Shown here in pieces: positions 35,162 through 43,750 of a DNA stretch of 64,000 bases. The translations under genes and the position numbers were made by a program. The DNA is from Escherichia phage ime. Location of the stretch: the sequence record MN850576.1. One strand, 5' to 3'. Position 1 is the first letter of the stretch; each line of letters opens with the position of its first letter. A model generated the notes under the pieces. It did not search any database, was not told where the DNA came from, and worked only from the letters and a program-made list of their open reading frames with translations.

Positions 35162-35695
35162 ATGACTTGTGCTAGAAAACCTGATGAACAACGTAACGCC
35201 TACGATGAGTATGTGACACCGGAGTGGTGTGCAGAAGGGCTGTATGACCTTATTCCGTTCCCAGAAGACTGGACCTACTTAGAGCCTTGCAGGAATAGTG
35301 CCTCAGGTGTGTTCTACTCCCGTATGCCGTTAGGATCTGCATGGGGAGAAATCCAAGAAGGTGTTGACTATCTGAATACAGAATACAACCATGTTGACTG
35401 TATTATCACCAACCCGCCGTACAGCCTGGCTCGTGAGTTTGTGGACAAGGCGTTGAAAGATGCCGACGTAGTTATTATGCTTTTGCGTCTTAATTTTCTG
35501 GAAAGCAAGGCCAGATTTGAATGGTGGCTTGATAATGCACCTACCACTGTGATCACAATATCTAAGCGTCCGTCATTCCAATCTAATGGTAGAACGGATG
35601 GGCAGGCATATGCATATTTTGTATGGGACAAGAAAAACCGTCTAGACTTGCCGCCATTTATGTGGTTGGCACCACCAGAGGCAGACTTGAAATGA
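35162..35695 (+). CDS. N6-adenine DNA methyltransferase (small, NPPY-type)
   Basis: DCIITNPPYS catalytic motif; 177 aa. Confidence 0.6.
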   Translation: MTCARKPDEQRNAYDEYVTPEWCAEGLYDLIPFPEDWTYLEPCRNSASGVFYSRMPLGSAWGEIQEGVDYLNTEYNHVDCIITNPPYSLAREFVDKALKDADVVIMLLRLNFLESKARFEWWLDNAPTTVITISKRPSFQSNGRTDGQAYAYFVWDKKNRLDLPPFMWLAPPEADLK

Positions 35696-35976
35696 AAATG
35701 AGTGCTAAGGACAAGTTGCACCAGTTAGCGCTAAAACGTCCTGTAACGCTTCCTGACGAGCTTAACTCTATTTATGATGCGATTGTTGGGGAGATACAAA
35801 ATAAAGCGTTAGCAGGCTTTCTGGGATGTGGATTTTCGATAAATCTCCCATCACACCTCTCAGACTACTTCCCACACATTGTTGGGGATTTGAGGGCAGG
35901 AGGTCTGCAGGTGGATGTTGTTGGCATCTCTCCGGAGAAAAATAACACAGTTGCCTACTTGACAGTGACCTGGTAG
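35692..35976 (+). CDS. hypothetical protein
   Basis: Met 35692 overlapping upstream stop (ATGA); ORF track start 35623 trimmed. Confidence 0.4.
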   Translation: MKMSAKDKLHQLALKRPVTLPDELNSIYDAIVGEIQNKALAGFLGCGFSINLPSHLSDYFPHIVGDLRAGGLQVDVVGISPEKNNTVAYLTVTW

Positions 35977-36011
35977 TAGTGTATTTTGTTTTCAACAAGA
36001 GGGGGCCATTT

Positions 36012-36251
36012 ATGTACAAGTCATTCTCAATCTACTCAAGACAGGCGAAACACTACACAGAGATCCTGATCACTCAGAAAAAGTCTGTAGAAGGTGAGTG
36101 GGAGTATCACCATAAAATGTTGCGTCCAGATTGGGTTTTTGATAGACTTATTGCTATGATCCCTCTTGGAGAAGTATACCCTCTGACAGGTCATAGGGAT
36201 GCTTGGGATTTAATTGATTACATAGATTCATTTAAGGAGCCTAGATTATGA
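36012..36251 (+). CDS. hypothetical protein
   Basis: Met 36012 after GAGGGGG. Confidence 0.4.
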   Translation: MYKSFSIYSRQAKHYTEILITQKKSVEGEWEYHHKMLRPDWVFDRLIAMIPLGEVYPLTGHRDAWDLIDYIDSFKEPRL

Positions 36252-36646
36252 AGATTGAGATTACTAAAGAAGGTAAGAAAGTGTCCGGCAACTATGCAAC
36301 AGTAATTCGGGATTTAATGTTTGAAGCCACCAAGATCGGTACATCTAAAGTTGGTCAAACTGTTAGTGTGAAAAGTAATATCGCCACAGGAGAGAAGGTA
36401 TTCATTGTGGTCAAAGGGCAGGATCCCGTGGAAGGAACAGTGGGCCGAGGTGGCTACCTGTGCATTTCTGAAGAGCCGCGTATGTTAGTGGCTGACGCTA
36501 CTATGGGTGGGAAACGTGTGTGCGAGGCGGATGAGGTAATGATTATCCAACCTGTTGATCCAGATGACCCAGCAACTTGGGTGGTAGGAAATGAAATCTT
36601 CTCTTTAGAAGAGTTATCCTTCCCAGCACCGCGCTCTGTTCAGTAA
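36248..36646 (+). CDS. hypothetical protein
   Basis: 132-aa ORF, ATGA-coupled. Confidence 0.45.
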   Translation: MKIEITKEGKKVSGNYATVIRDLMFEATKIGTSKVGQTVSVKSNIATGEKVFIVVKGQDPVEGTVGRGGYLCISEEPRMLVADATMGGKRVCEADEVMIIQPVDPDDPATWVVGNEIFSLEELSFPAPRSVQ

Positions 36647-36683
36647 TAATTTATCTTACCAGGGACGGTAGGTAGGAGGTAGC

Positions 36684-36917
36684 ATGAAAGTTAAATTTCT
36701 TACAGATTTAGGGTACCCTTCCTTGGTTGACTGTGTTGGTAAAATTGTGGAAGCAAAACGGCTATCTGCAAACGAGAATGTTGTCCTGGTTAAAGGGAAT
36801 GATTTACTAGCTGCAGGTGCAGAGTCTGGCAGGATCTCTCCTGATTATATGTATTACCTATCTTTAAGTAATCTGCCAGAGCGAGGCGGTAAAGGCCTTG
36901 AAGTTGTGGAGGAGTGA
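36684..36917 (+). CDS. small acidic protein, paralog family A
   Basis: Strong SD AGGAGG; MKVKFL...VLVKGNDLLAAGAES...LEVVEE shares N-terminal, central VKG-DL-AAGA and acidic C-terminal patterns with 40329, 40546, 42418, 42686. Confidence 0.5.
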   Translation: MKVKFLTDLGYPSLVDCVGKIVEAKRLSANENVVLVKGNDLLAAGAESGRISPDYMYYLSLSNLPERGGKGLEVVEE

Positions 36918-36922
36918 CAGGT

Positions 36923-37447
36923 ATGCTTCTGATTAACTGGGAAGACCTCTATGGGGACAAAGACCCTGTTGCGTTTGTTGATCGTAGGTGGAGATATACT
37001 GAAGAACAACTGGCGGCAAAAAATTTAACTGCAAAACGCAGAAAGATCATCCAGTGCAAGTACAAATACGCACAGTTCGCTGCAAAAGTGTCTCCACAAA
37101 TCGAGAGCTTTGTGCTTAAATTGTATGACGAGTACCTCAAATTCAAATTGGATTTTGTGCAGGTGTACCGTGCACAGGTACGACCAGATACCAACATATG
37201 TAGATGGAAGGTTGTTTGTGAAGGTAAAGATTTGCCGCTCAGCTTGACAATTGAGTGGCGTTATGGGTATCATGAGTGTGGTCTGTATGATATTTGGGAT
37301 GTCATTGTAGATCCTGCTAAGCATCTGAACACAGAGGAGCTGGAATATATCAATAAGGTTATTCTCGATATGTTTTTCAGCTACACACATGAAAACTCTG
37401 AGAAAGAACGGGATAATTTTCTTGACACCCTCAGCGACCATTTGTAG
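36923..37447 (+). CDS. hypothetical protein
   Basis: ATG 36923 after GGAGGAG. Confidence 0.45.
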   Translation: MLLINWEDLYGDKDPVAFVDRRWRYTEEQLAAKNLTAKRRKIIQCKYKYAQFAAKVSPQIESFVLKLYDEYLKFKLDFVQVYRAQVRPDTNICRWKVVCEGKDLPLSLTIEWRYGYHECGLYDIWDVIVDPAKHLNTEELEYINKVILDMFFSYTHENSEKERDNFLDTLSDHL

Positions 37448-37477
37448 TGTACAATTTAACCTACAAAGGGAGGACCA

Positions 37478-37705
37478 ATGAGTATAAATGTTGTGCTAAT
37501 AGCTTACCTGGTAATGTCCGTTATAACAGCGGTATTCTTGACAGGTGTATGCATCGTGTCCAGACGAAGGGTGAAGTTTGATGATTTTATCACCATCATC
37601 ACTGCTGCACCTTTTTGGCCTGTTGTTATCTTCATCGTAATAATGTGCCTAGTTGATTACTACAAGAATATCAGGAAGGAGAGTAGGGATGGAGACCGCA
37701 CCTAA
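37478..37705 (+). CDS. small membrane protein (two predicted TM helices)
   Basis: SD AGGGAGGA; hydrophobic segments VVLIAYLVMSVITAVFLTGVCIV and AAPFWPVVIFIVIMCLV. Confidence 0.45.
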   Translation: MSINVVLIAYLVMSVITAVFLTGVCIVSRRRVKFDDFITIITAAPFWPVVIFIVIMCLVDYYKNIRKESRDGDRT

Positions 37706-37841
37706 AACTATCTATACTGTTCTTAAAGAGATTGCGTTCTACGCAGATCTTAGCCAGGCACCTTTATGGGAAAAGAGCATGTATTTAAAATGGTGCGTTA
37801 ATTTAGGGAGACCTTCCAGTGTTTCAAGCCATGTTTATTGA
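37689..37841 (+). CDS. hypothetical small protein
   Basis: Met 37689 after GGAAGGAG; overlaps end of previous gene. Confidence 0.3.
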   Translation: METAPKTIYTVLKEIAFYADLSQAPLWEKSMYLKWCVNLGRPSSVSSHVY

Positions 37842-37924
37842 GATGCTATCTGGGATATTGTTACTGGTAGCCATCTTAGGTGGTGCAGTTCTGATGTATA
37901 ACTATCTTGAAAAAGGAGACAGCA

Positions 37925-38110
37925 ATGGCAAAAAATAAATCTTTAGAGCAGGCTGAAAACCTTCTCCACGAGCTGGTAAAGGAGTGGAAAGTTGAATACT
38001 CAGATTTTAATGCACGAGAGGGTGAAGATTATTGGCCTACGGAGCGCTCAGAGGGCGAATGGTATCAAGATTTCATAGAGTGGTTATATCAGACGTGCGA
38101 TGAGGGGTGA
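37925..38110 (+). CDS. hypothetical small acidic protein
   Basis: Met 37925 after AAAGGAGA. Confidence 0.35.
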   Translation: MAKNKSLEQAENLLHELVKEWKVEYSDFNAREGEDYWPTERSEGEWYQDFIEWLYQTCDEG

Positions 38111-38568
38111 CGATGTTTGTTAAATATGTAAAAACGTGCCTCAACAATCTTGGTAGAGAGCATTGGTACACCTTGCTTGAAAAAGGAGAAATTTTAACAA
38201 AATCTGGAAAGATAACTTTAATACCCTTGGACGATAAAGACCCGTCACTACTTATCATAGATGATTACGTTACAGGTGTGTCGTACGAGGTCTCTGTGGA
38301 GAGGTTAATACGCAGATCTGGAGGTCCTTATGACCGAAGAGAGTATGTTTTCGATTCTATTACAGAGAAGGAAGATCCGTCTCTAATGTTTAGGATGGTA
38401 ATCAGGGATATGAAATCATCTATAAATAGGATCGTAAAGGACATTAAGGAACCTTTTAGAGTAAAAGTTAAGAAGTTTTTCGATTCTAAGATTAACATAC
38501 TCGCCGTTGCACTAGGTGTAGTTCAACTTCTGTTAATTTTGCACTATTTTGGACTACTATTTAAGTAG
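38107..38568 (+). CDS. hypothetical protein with C-terminal TM anchor
   Basis: 153-aa ORF, ATGA-coupled; C-terminal hydrophobic LAVALGVVQLLLILHYFGLLF. Confidence 0.45.
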   Translation: MTMFVKYVKTCLNNLGREHWYTLLEKGEILTKSGKITLIPLDDKDPSLLIIDDYVTGVSYEVSVERLIRRSGGPYDRREYVFDSITEKEDPSLMFRMVIRDMKSSINRIVKDIKEPFRVKVKKFFDSKINILAVALGVVQLLLILHYFGLLFK

Positions 38569-38630
38569 TGGTTGAGATATGGCACAAAGGATGTGCCATA
38601 GTGAAATAAACTAAGAAAGAGGTAGAGAGA

Positions 38631-38978
38631 ATGCCAAAGATTAAAACGTTATTAATGTGGGTAGCTGTTTTAGCTTTTATAGGGTACTGGACTTGGGAAA
38701 CTGAATTAAAAGATATCGGATATACCAGTCTTGAGAGCAAGGCGTGCATTGGTATAACCGATGCATTCAGGCAAAATGCTATGGATCACGAATGTGTCGA
38801 TGCAGACATAGATGATAAACTGTCTAAGGACAAAGACTTCTACCACGGGTATGCTTTGCTTGACAGTGGGGACACTGTAGAGTTCTGGTCGTGGTTTCGT
38901 GAAGATGGAACAATAAAAACAGCAGTAAAAATCTCCAACAAAGAGTTAATGCTGTTGCAGCAGAAGGAGGTTCAATGA
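38631..38978 (+). CDS. hypothetical protein with N-terminal TM/signal segment
   Basis: SD AAGAGG; N-terminal LLMWVAVLAFIGYW. Confidence 0.45.
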   Translation: MPKIKTLLMWVAVLAFIGYWTWETELKDIGYTSLESKACIGITDAFRQNAMDHECVDADIDDKLSKDKDFYHGYALLDSGDTVEFWSWFREDGTIKTAVKISNKELMLLQQKEVQ

Positions 38979-39262
38979 TCTGGATATCCTATGCGGATGG
39001 CACCATGCTGTATACTGCGGGTACCCGATACGAAGTTCAGGAGAACGATAAAAAATTTATCGTAAGAACATTTGACAAGGACGACAACCTTTTGCTAGAA
39101 TTGACTTACAAGGTTGGAGAGGTATCCAATATCCAATTGGATTGTGGTCATAAAGATAACCCACTCAAAAAACCTGGAATAGGCAAGGCTTCAGAAGAAC
39201 GTTTGTCTCGTATTGCAGAAAGCGTTTCTACACAAAAATCTAAGAAGGGGACTAGAAAATGA
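38975..39262 (+). CDS. hypothetical protein
   Basis: 95-aa coupled ORF. Confidence 0.4.
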   Translation: MIWISYADGTMLYTAGTRYEVQENDKKFIVRTFDKDDNLLLELTYKVGEVSNIQLDCGHKDNPLKKPGIGKASEERLSRIAESVSTQKSKKGTRK

Positions 39263-39453
39263 AAAACTTACGTTTTAACACTTATTACTACAACACATTG
39301 AATGATTTGTATTATATTGTTCGAAGTAAAAGTCCTGAAACAGTCCTATTCTGCCGCGAACCTTTCAAAGGGGAGGAAGTAGAGTCTGAGATGAATGTTA
39401 GCCAGATCACCTCTTTGTTGCTCTCAGGTGCAATGGAAGAAGCAATATTCTAA
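39259..39453 (+). CDS. hypothetical protein
   Basis: 64-aa coupled ORF. Confidence 0.4.
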   Translation: MKNLRFNTYYYNTLNDLYYIVRSKSPETVLFCREPFKGEEVESEMNVSQITSLLLSGAMEEAIF

Positions 39454-39470
39454 ACCAGGCGGGGGGTTTT

Positions 39471-39656
39471 ATGAAGCACTATTGCCTGTCTGGTAGAATG
39501 GGTGCAGATTGTGATTGGGTTTTCTTAAAACTTGTCAGCATTCGAGAGTTCATCCCAGAGGAAGAGCAAGAAAGCGAGCTGATGTCATGGATCAACCATT
39601 ACGGTAACACTTTTCGGCATGTTAAGGTAGAAGAGTTGCCAAGCGAGGCTGATTGA
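39471..39656 (+). CDS. hypothetical protein
   Basis: 61-aa ORF. Confidence 0.35.
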   Translation: MKHYCLSGRMGADCDWVFLKLVSIREFIPEEEQESELMSWINHYGNTFRHVKVEELPSEAD

Positions 39657-39658
39657 CT

Positions 39659-39748
39659 ATGATTGCATCAATATTAACGTTTATGGGTGGCGTGGCATTC
39701 GGATTCATTGTTTGCCTGTTTATAGTGATTATGTCTATGCGAGGCTGA
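39659..39748 (+). CDS. hydrophobic micro-peptide, 29 aa
   Basis: ATG 39659 overlapping upstream stop; MIASILTFMGGVAFGFIVCLFIVIMSMRG; below ORF-track cut-off. Confidence 0.3.
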   Translation: MIASILTFMGGVAFGFIVCLFIVIMSMRG

Positions 39749-39751
39749 ATT

Positions 39752-40048
39752 ATGAAACTTTTTGAGTGGTTTAAAAAGTTTAAATATAAAGCTGTAGCCA
39801 TCGTGCCGTGGTCCATTCAGTGGGTTGATGAAGGTGGTCTACCGATACCTGGTGACAAAGATACTGGGTACTGGATTATGATGGAGAACGGGTTTGGAAA
39901 GCGAAAGTATACGTGCACAAACTCTACTCGATCTGCACTTAATAGAGTTCCTGGTTACAAACTTATGGTTGTGTGGAAAATGTCAGGCGTGCCTCCAGCC
40001 AATGCTCAATTTCTTACTGACAATCCGACCACGGTAGAGGGAGATTGA
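39752..40048 (+). CDS. hypothetical protein
   Basis: 98-aa ORF. Confidence 0.4.
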   Translation: MKLFEWFKKFKYKAVAIVPWSIQWVDEGGLPIPGDKDTGYWIMMENGFGKRKYTCTNSTRSALNRVPGYKLMVVWKMSGVPPANAQFLTDNPTTVEGD

Positions 40049-40332
40049 TAATGAAAAAGATTAACAGTAGTGAAGTAGAGTTTAAACTTGTCGGAAAAGG
40101 CACTTACTGGGAAGTTCGTCAAAAGGTATATTTGTTCGGTATTATTCCCTACTGGTCTAAATTCTACTGGGGAGCTAACGAGTGGGGAAGATACGCCACC
40201 AAATCAATGGCACTTATTGGTATAGCAGAGTACATTGCAGCCCGAGATAGGGTTGGAACCACTTATTACTACACTGCTGACGATATTCGTAACAGTGTTT
40301 ACATCCCACAACCGCCTGAGGGAGACCGTTGA
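40045..40332 (+). CDS. hypothetical protein
   Basis: 95-aa coupled ORF. Confidence 0.4.
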   Translation: MIMKKINSSEVEFKLVGKGTYWEVRQKVYLFGIIPYWSKFYWGANEWGRYATKSMALIGIAEYIAARDRVGTTYYYTADDIRNSVYIPQPPEGDR

Positions 40333-40556
40333 TGAAAGTTAAAGTTTTAGATTCAAGCTTCTATATTGGTCAGGAGCCCTTAGTGGGGAAAGTGTTTACC
40401 GCTATCCCTAACGAAGATTATCCTGACCTTTTAAAAATAAAAGGTGCAGATCTTATTTCCGCTGGTGCATCTCAGGACTGCTTTGACAGCCAGTGGACCT
40501 ACAACTTTGCCCTTGGTGAGGATGTAGAGATAGTGGAGGACGAGAATGAAGGTTAA
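40329..40556 (+). CDS. small acidic protein, paralog family A
   Basis: MMKVKVLDSSFYIGQEPLVGKV...LLKIKGADLISAGAS...VEIVEDENEG; first gene of duplicated cassette copy 1. Confidence 0.5.
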   Translation: MMKVKVLDSSFYIGQEPLVGKVFTAIPNEDYPDLLKIKGADLISAGASQDCFDSQWTYNFALGEDVEIVEDENEG

Positions 40557-40800
40557 AATTCTTGATTCTAACGTCTACTTGGGACAATCCTTCCTGAAGG
40601 GAAAGGTCGTTCCTGCGGTATACTTTGAAGGGTTGCCGTGGGATGATCCTGTGCGGCAACATCGCAGTTATGTAGGCCACAACGTGGTGTTTATCTTGGG
40701 ATCAGACCTGATCGCTGCTGGTGCACCGGAATATTATTTCGGGGAAGAATCCTATTATGCCTTTGGGGCAGGGTCAGATGCAGAGATTGTAGAGCTGTGA
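40546..40800 (+). CDS. small acidic protein, paralog family A
   Basis: MKVKILDSNVYLGQSFLKGKV...VVFILGSDLIAAGAPE...AEIVEL; second gene of cassette copy 1. Confidence 0.5.
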   Translation: MKVKILDSNVYLGQSFLKGKVVPAVYFEGLPWDDPVRQHRSYVGHNVVFILGSDLIAAGAPEYYFGEESYYAFGAGSDAEIVEL

Positions 40801-40812
40801 TGGGTAACCGTT

Positions 40813-41211
40813 GTGAAAAATAAACTGTTCAAAGTTACAATGAAAATTCGCGGAGCTTGGAGCGTAAAGCAAGGGCGTATCCCAGAATTTGAGAAAGACT
40901 TCTACGTAGTCTCCACCTCGGAGGAGGCTGCATGCTGGCAGGCTGGCTATGCATATGCAAGAACCTGGTACGAAGGATACCAGACTGGTGGCTATGACGG
41001 AGAAATTATCAGCAAGGGTGTAGAAGAAATTAATGTGTTGACAAGTGAAAAAGTTTTTGTTATAGTGCATCCAGATTCCAGAGTGAAGCATTACTGGAAT
41101 GCCAGAACAAAAACTTGGACACCGTTTGCAGATTCTGCTACACCACTTTTAAACCAGAAAGCTCTTGACTCTGTCCCGAGCTATGGGGTTGTTGAAGAAA
41201 AGCTAAACTGA
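40813..41211 (+). CDS. hypothetical protein, paralog family B
   Basis: VFVIVHPDSRVKHYWNARTKTWTPFADSATPLL aligns with 43018 gene (KFVMRHPHSNIAYYWDVLNNEWTPDLQKATVLTPFL); third gene of cassette copy 1. Confidence 0.5.
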   Translation: MKNKLFKVTMKIRGAWSVKQGRIPEFEKDFYVVSTSEEAACWQAGYAYARTWYEGYQTGGYDGEIISKGVEEINVLTSEKVFVIVHPDSRVKHYWNARTKTWTPFADSATPLLNQKALDSVPSYGVVEEKLN

Positions 41212-41228
41212 AACGGTGAGGTACTAAC

Positions 41229-41519
41229 ATGATTGATTTAGTTCTAGACACTGATAACACCGGAGCGTTTAAAAAGGATGGTGTAACAAGCGTTGACCAA
41301 TCATTCCCTGCCAAGATTGACTCAAAATGGACCTACAAGTTTGATGGAGAGATCTTCGCAAATGATGAGAAGGTTGTAGATGCTGCAGCCATTTTGAACG
41401 CTCTAGGGTACGACCCTGTGAATTCTTTGATCAAGGATCCTGTTGAGTTTGCAGAGTATGTTCGAAAAATGGCAGATCTTGCTGTGGATATTTTAAAAAC
41501 TATCGACAACAATCTGTAA
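41229..41519 (+). CDS. hypothetical protein
   Basis: 96-aa ORF. Confidence 0.4.
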   Translation: MIDLVLDTDNTGAFKKDGVTSVDQSFPAKIDSKWTYKFDGEIFANDEKVVDAAAILNALGYDPVNSLIKDPVEFAEYVRKMADLAVDILKTIDNNL

Positions 41520-41524
41520 AAACT

Positions 41525-41553
41525 GTTGACACAACGCTTCAGATTTAGTATCA
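41525..41553 (+). promoter_or_regulatory. sigma70-like promoter (TTGACA-N17-TATCAT)
   Basis: -35 41525-41530, -10 41548-41553; directly upstream of HPF-like gene. Confidence 0.55.
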
Positions 41554-41601
41554 TTGTTTTCAAAGAGGGTTTGGTTCCCTCTTCTTTAAAAGGAACACGT
41601 T

Positions 41602-41919
41602 ATGCAAATTGAAATCACTGGCAACGTAGAAATCACTGAAGGTATGGTGTCTTTCATTTCCCACAAAATGTCTAAGCTGGAGCGTTTGCATCCCTCTGCC
41701 AACTATGCACGTGTGAGTGTAAAAGTTGAAAATGATCACCAGGAAGTTATGGCGTTCATTTTTGACAATTCTGGAAAAGAAGTTATTGCCAAAGCTAAAG
41801 GCAGTGATGCTTACGAGGCAACTGACCGTATGGTAGATGTTGCAGCACGTCAACTGGCTAAATGCGGTGGAAAGAAAGGTAAGGGGAAAGGCAAAGTAAA
41901 GATTGACTTTGGAGAATGA
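41602..41919 (+). CDS. hpf: ribosome hibernation promoting factor / RaiA (YfiA) family homolog
   Basis: MQIEITGNVEITEGMVSFISHKMSKLERL ... VSVKVEND ... AKAKGSDAYEATDRMVDVAARQLAK parallels E. coli HPF/RaiA along its whole length (from memory); own promoter; Lys/Gly-rich tail. Confidence 0.8.
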   Translation: MQIEITGNVEITEGMVSFISHKMSKLERLHPSANYARVSVKVENDHQEVMAFIFDNSGKEVIAKAKGSDAYEATDRMVDVAARQLAKCGGKKGKGKGKVKIDFGE

Positions 41920-41928
41920 GGTGCTACA

Positions 41929-42030
41929 ATGGGTGTGATCAAGAAATTAGTCCCAAATGTAGAGATTGCATGCTTTGAAATTATGTTTGCAATCGCAGTT
42001 GTAGTTAATGTGTTAGGTTACGGCTATTAA
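41929..42030 (+). CDS. hydrophobic micro-peptide, 33 aa
   Basis: ATG 41929 after GAGGTG; MGVIKKLVPNVEIACFEIMFAIAVVVNVLGYGY; below ORF-track cut-off. Confidence 0.3.
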   Translation: MGVIKKLVPNVEIACFEIMFAIAVVVNVLGYGY

Positions 42031-42056
42031 TATCAAATAATTGAGGAGACCTCTAA

Positions 42057-42326
42057 ATGAAAATTAAATTATTCAAAACTGAGCTGGCAGACAAAAACTG
42101 TGGACTGGTTGAAGGTATGATTGTCGAAGCACAACCAGTTGACTATATGAAGGTGGTTCGTGATGCCCTGGGTGAAGGTTTTGATCTGATGGAGCCAGCT
42201 CTGCGAGAAGATGTTATCGAGATGGCTAAAAAGCACACACCTGAAGGCATGGTGGTGTTTGTTGCACCGGGTAACGGAGAAGAGTTGATTGTAACTCCGG
42301 ATGTGTATGAGATTGTAGAGGAATAA
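42057..42326 (+). CDS. small acidic protein (distantly family A-like)
   Basis: MKIKLFKTELADKNCGLVEGMIVEA...EIVEE; N- and C-terminal patterns as in family A. Confidence 0.4.
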   Translation: MKIKLFKTELADKNCGLVEGMIVEAQPVDYMKVVRDALGEGFDLMEPALREDVIEMAKKHTPEGMVVFVAPGNGEELIVTPDVYEIVEE

Positions 42327-42417
42327 TCCTGCTTGGATTAGCATACTTCCTCGATAAGGAAGGTTTGTAATTATTTGTGGGAAAGGAATCCCAATCTCTT
42401 ACCAGAGGTGATACTAT

Positions 42418-42681
42418 ATGATTGTTTATTTTAAAACTTCAGGTGGATACCCTGATTCTCAAAGCTTGATCGGAAAAACGTGCACAGCATACTCACCTCT
42501 TGATGAGGAGGTAGGCGATATTCTACGAAATATGTATCGGATTGATCCTCAAGAAGCTTTTGATCAAAACCTTGTATTTGTCAAGGGCTCAGACATGAAG
42601 TCTTTGGGAGCATTCCCTGAAGCAGATGATGATGCCGTTTATTCGTTCATGACCCCTTTTGAAGCTATGGTTGTTGGGTGA
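42418..42681 (+). CDS. small acidic protein, paralog family A
   Basis: ...YPDSQSLIGKTCTA...LVFVKGSDMKSLGAFPE; first gene of cassette copy 2. Confidence 0.45.
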   Translation: MIVYFKTSGGYPDSQSLIGKTCTAYSPLDEEVGDILRNMYRIDPQEAFDQNLVFVKGSDMKSLGAFPEADDDAVYSFMTPFEAMVVG

Positions 42682-42685
42682 TAAT

Positions 42686-43018
42686 ATGAAAGTACGCTTT
42701 ATTGGTGAAACAATTCCTGTGCATCTCCGGTCGCCTGAGGATTCTGCAGATCTTGCATCTCAAAAGGCGAGAGGTTATGATAAGAAAGTAACCTCAACTG
42801 ATGTAGTGCTTGAGGCTACTAGTCTACCTGACCCTGCTGCATTCTTTAATCATTATGGGTACTATTTCAGCAATCTGATGAATATCGGTGAGCTTGTGTT
42901 TATTAGTGGTGGAGAGATTGTTAGCAAGCTTGGCGGCGATCCGGATGTCTTTCATGAAACCTGTCCTTTTGCATTTGTGGTAGGTTCAGATGTGGAAGTT
43001 ATTGAGGAGGTGCGGTAA
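42686..43018 (+). CDS. small acidic protein, paralog family A
   Basis: MKVRFIGE...LVFISGGEIVSKLGGDPD...VEVIEEVR; start set at Met 42686; second gene of cassette copy 2. Confidence 0.45.
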   Translation: MKVRFIGETIPVHLRSPEDSADLASQKARGYDKKVTSTDVVLEATSLPDPAAFFNHYGYYFSNLMNIGELVFISGGEIVSKLGGDPDVFHETCPFAFVVGSDVEVIEEVR

Positions 43019-43413
43019 TGGTAAGCCTATACCGTGTTGAGTATAGCTCAGATACTGTATACAACGTAAGAAGCAAAGATCGCAGCGACAGAGTGCAAGA
43101 AATGTATGTTCTTGCCGACAGTCCGTTATCTGCAGCGTTCAAGGCAGGGGCTCTTGCATCTCGTTGGAAATTTGAAGGCGGATCTTTCTATGAAGAAACC
43201 CTTGAAGATTCTGTTGTTATTTCTTCTGTAGAGGTTTCAGATGACTACGAAGGGAAAAAGTTCGTAATGCGGCACCCACACAGCAACATTGCGTACTACT
43301 GGGATGTTCTGAACAACGAGTGGACCCCAGATCTTCAGAAGGCTACTGTGCTAACACCGTTTTTGGCAGATAAGTTCCCACCAGAAGGTAATTTATCCGC
43401 ACTGTTTCAGTAA
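43018..43413 (+). CDS. hypothetical protein, paralog family B
   Basis: Paralog of 40813-41211 (shared HP-S---YW------WTP and A-KAG-A--W-EG segments); third gene of cassette copy 2. Confidence 0.5.
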   Translation: MVSLYRVEYSSDTVYNVRSKDRSDRVQEMYVLADSPLSAAFKAGALASRWKFEGGSFYEETLEDSVVISSVEVSDDYEGKKFVMRHPHSNIAYYWDVLNNEWTPDLQKATVLTPFLADKFPPEGNLSALFQ

Positions 43414-43489
43414 TTTTCTTGCACACAGGTGTTGACAACGCCAACCCTGTGTGAAATAATACCTTCATCTTAACAAGACAGGAGACCGA

Positions 43490-43750
43490 TTGATGAAGAT
43501 TAAATTGAAAAACCTTGAAACGGCAGAGATTCAGGACGGTGTTGATTTCCGTTCTAAAGATGGTGACATCTTAGAGGTAAATATTCCAACCTACGAGCTG
43601 ATTAAAGGTTTTGGCAACGTTCCGGAAGAGGATATTACAGAAATTCTTATGATGTTGATTCTTGACGGAACTGTGTTTGTAGGTGAAGGTGAGAACGCTA
43701 TTGCAATCCCAGGCCATTTTTATGAAGTAGTTGACGAAGAGGTGCTGTAA
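43490..43750 (+). CDS. small acidic protein
   Basis: MMKIKLKNLE...EVVDEEVL; preceded by TTGACA-type promoter at about 43432. Confidence 0.4.
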   Translation: MMKIKLKNLETAEIQDGVDFRSKDGDILEVNIPTYELIKGFGNVPEEDITEILMMLILDGTVFVGEGENAIAIPGHFYEVVDEEVL

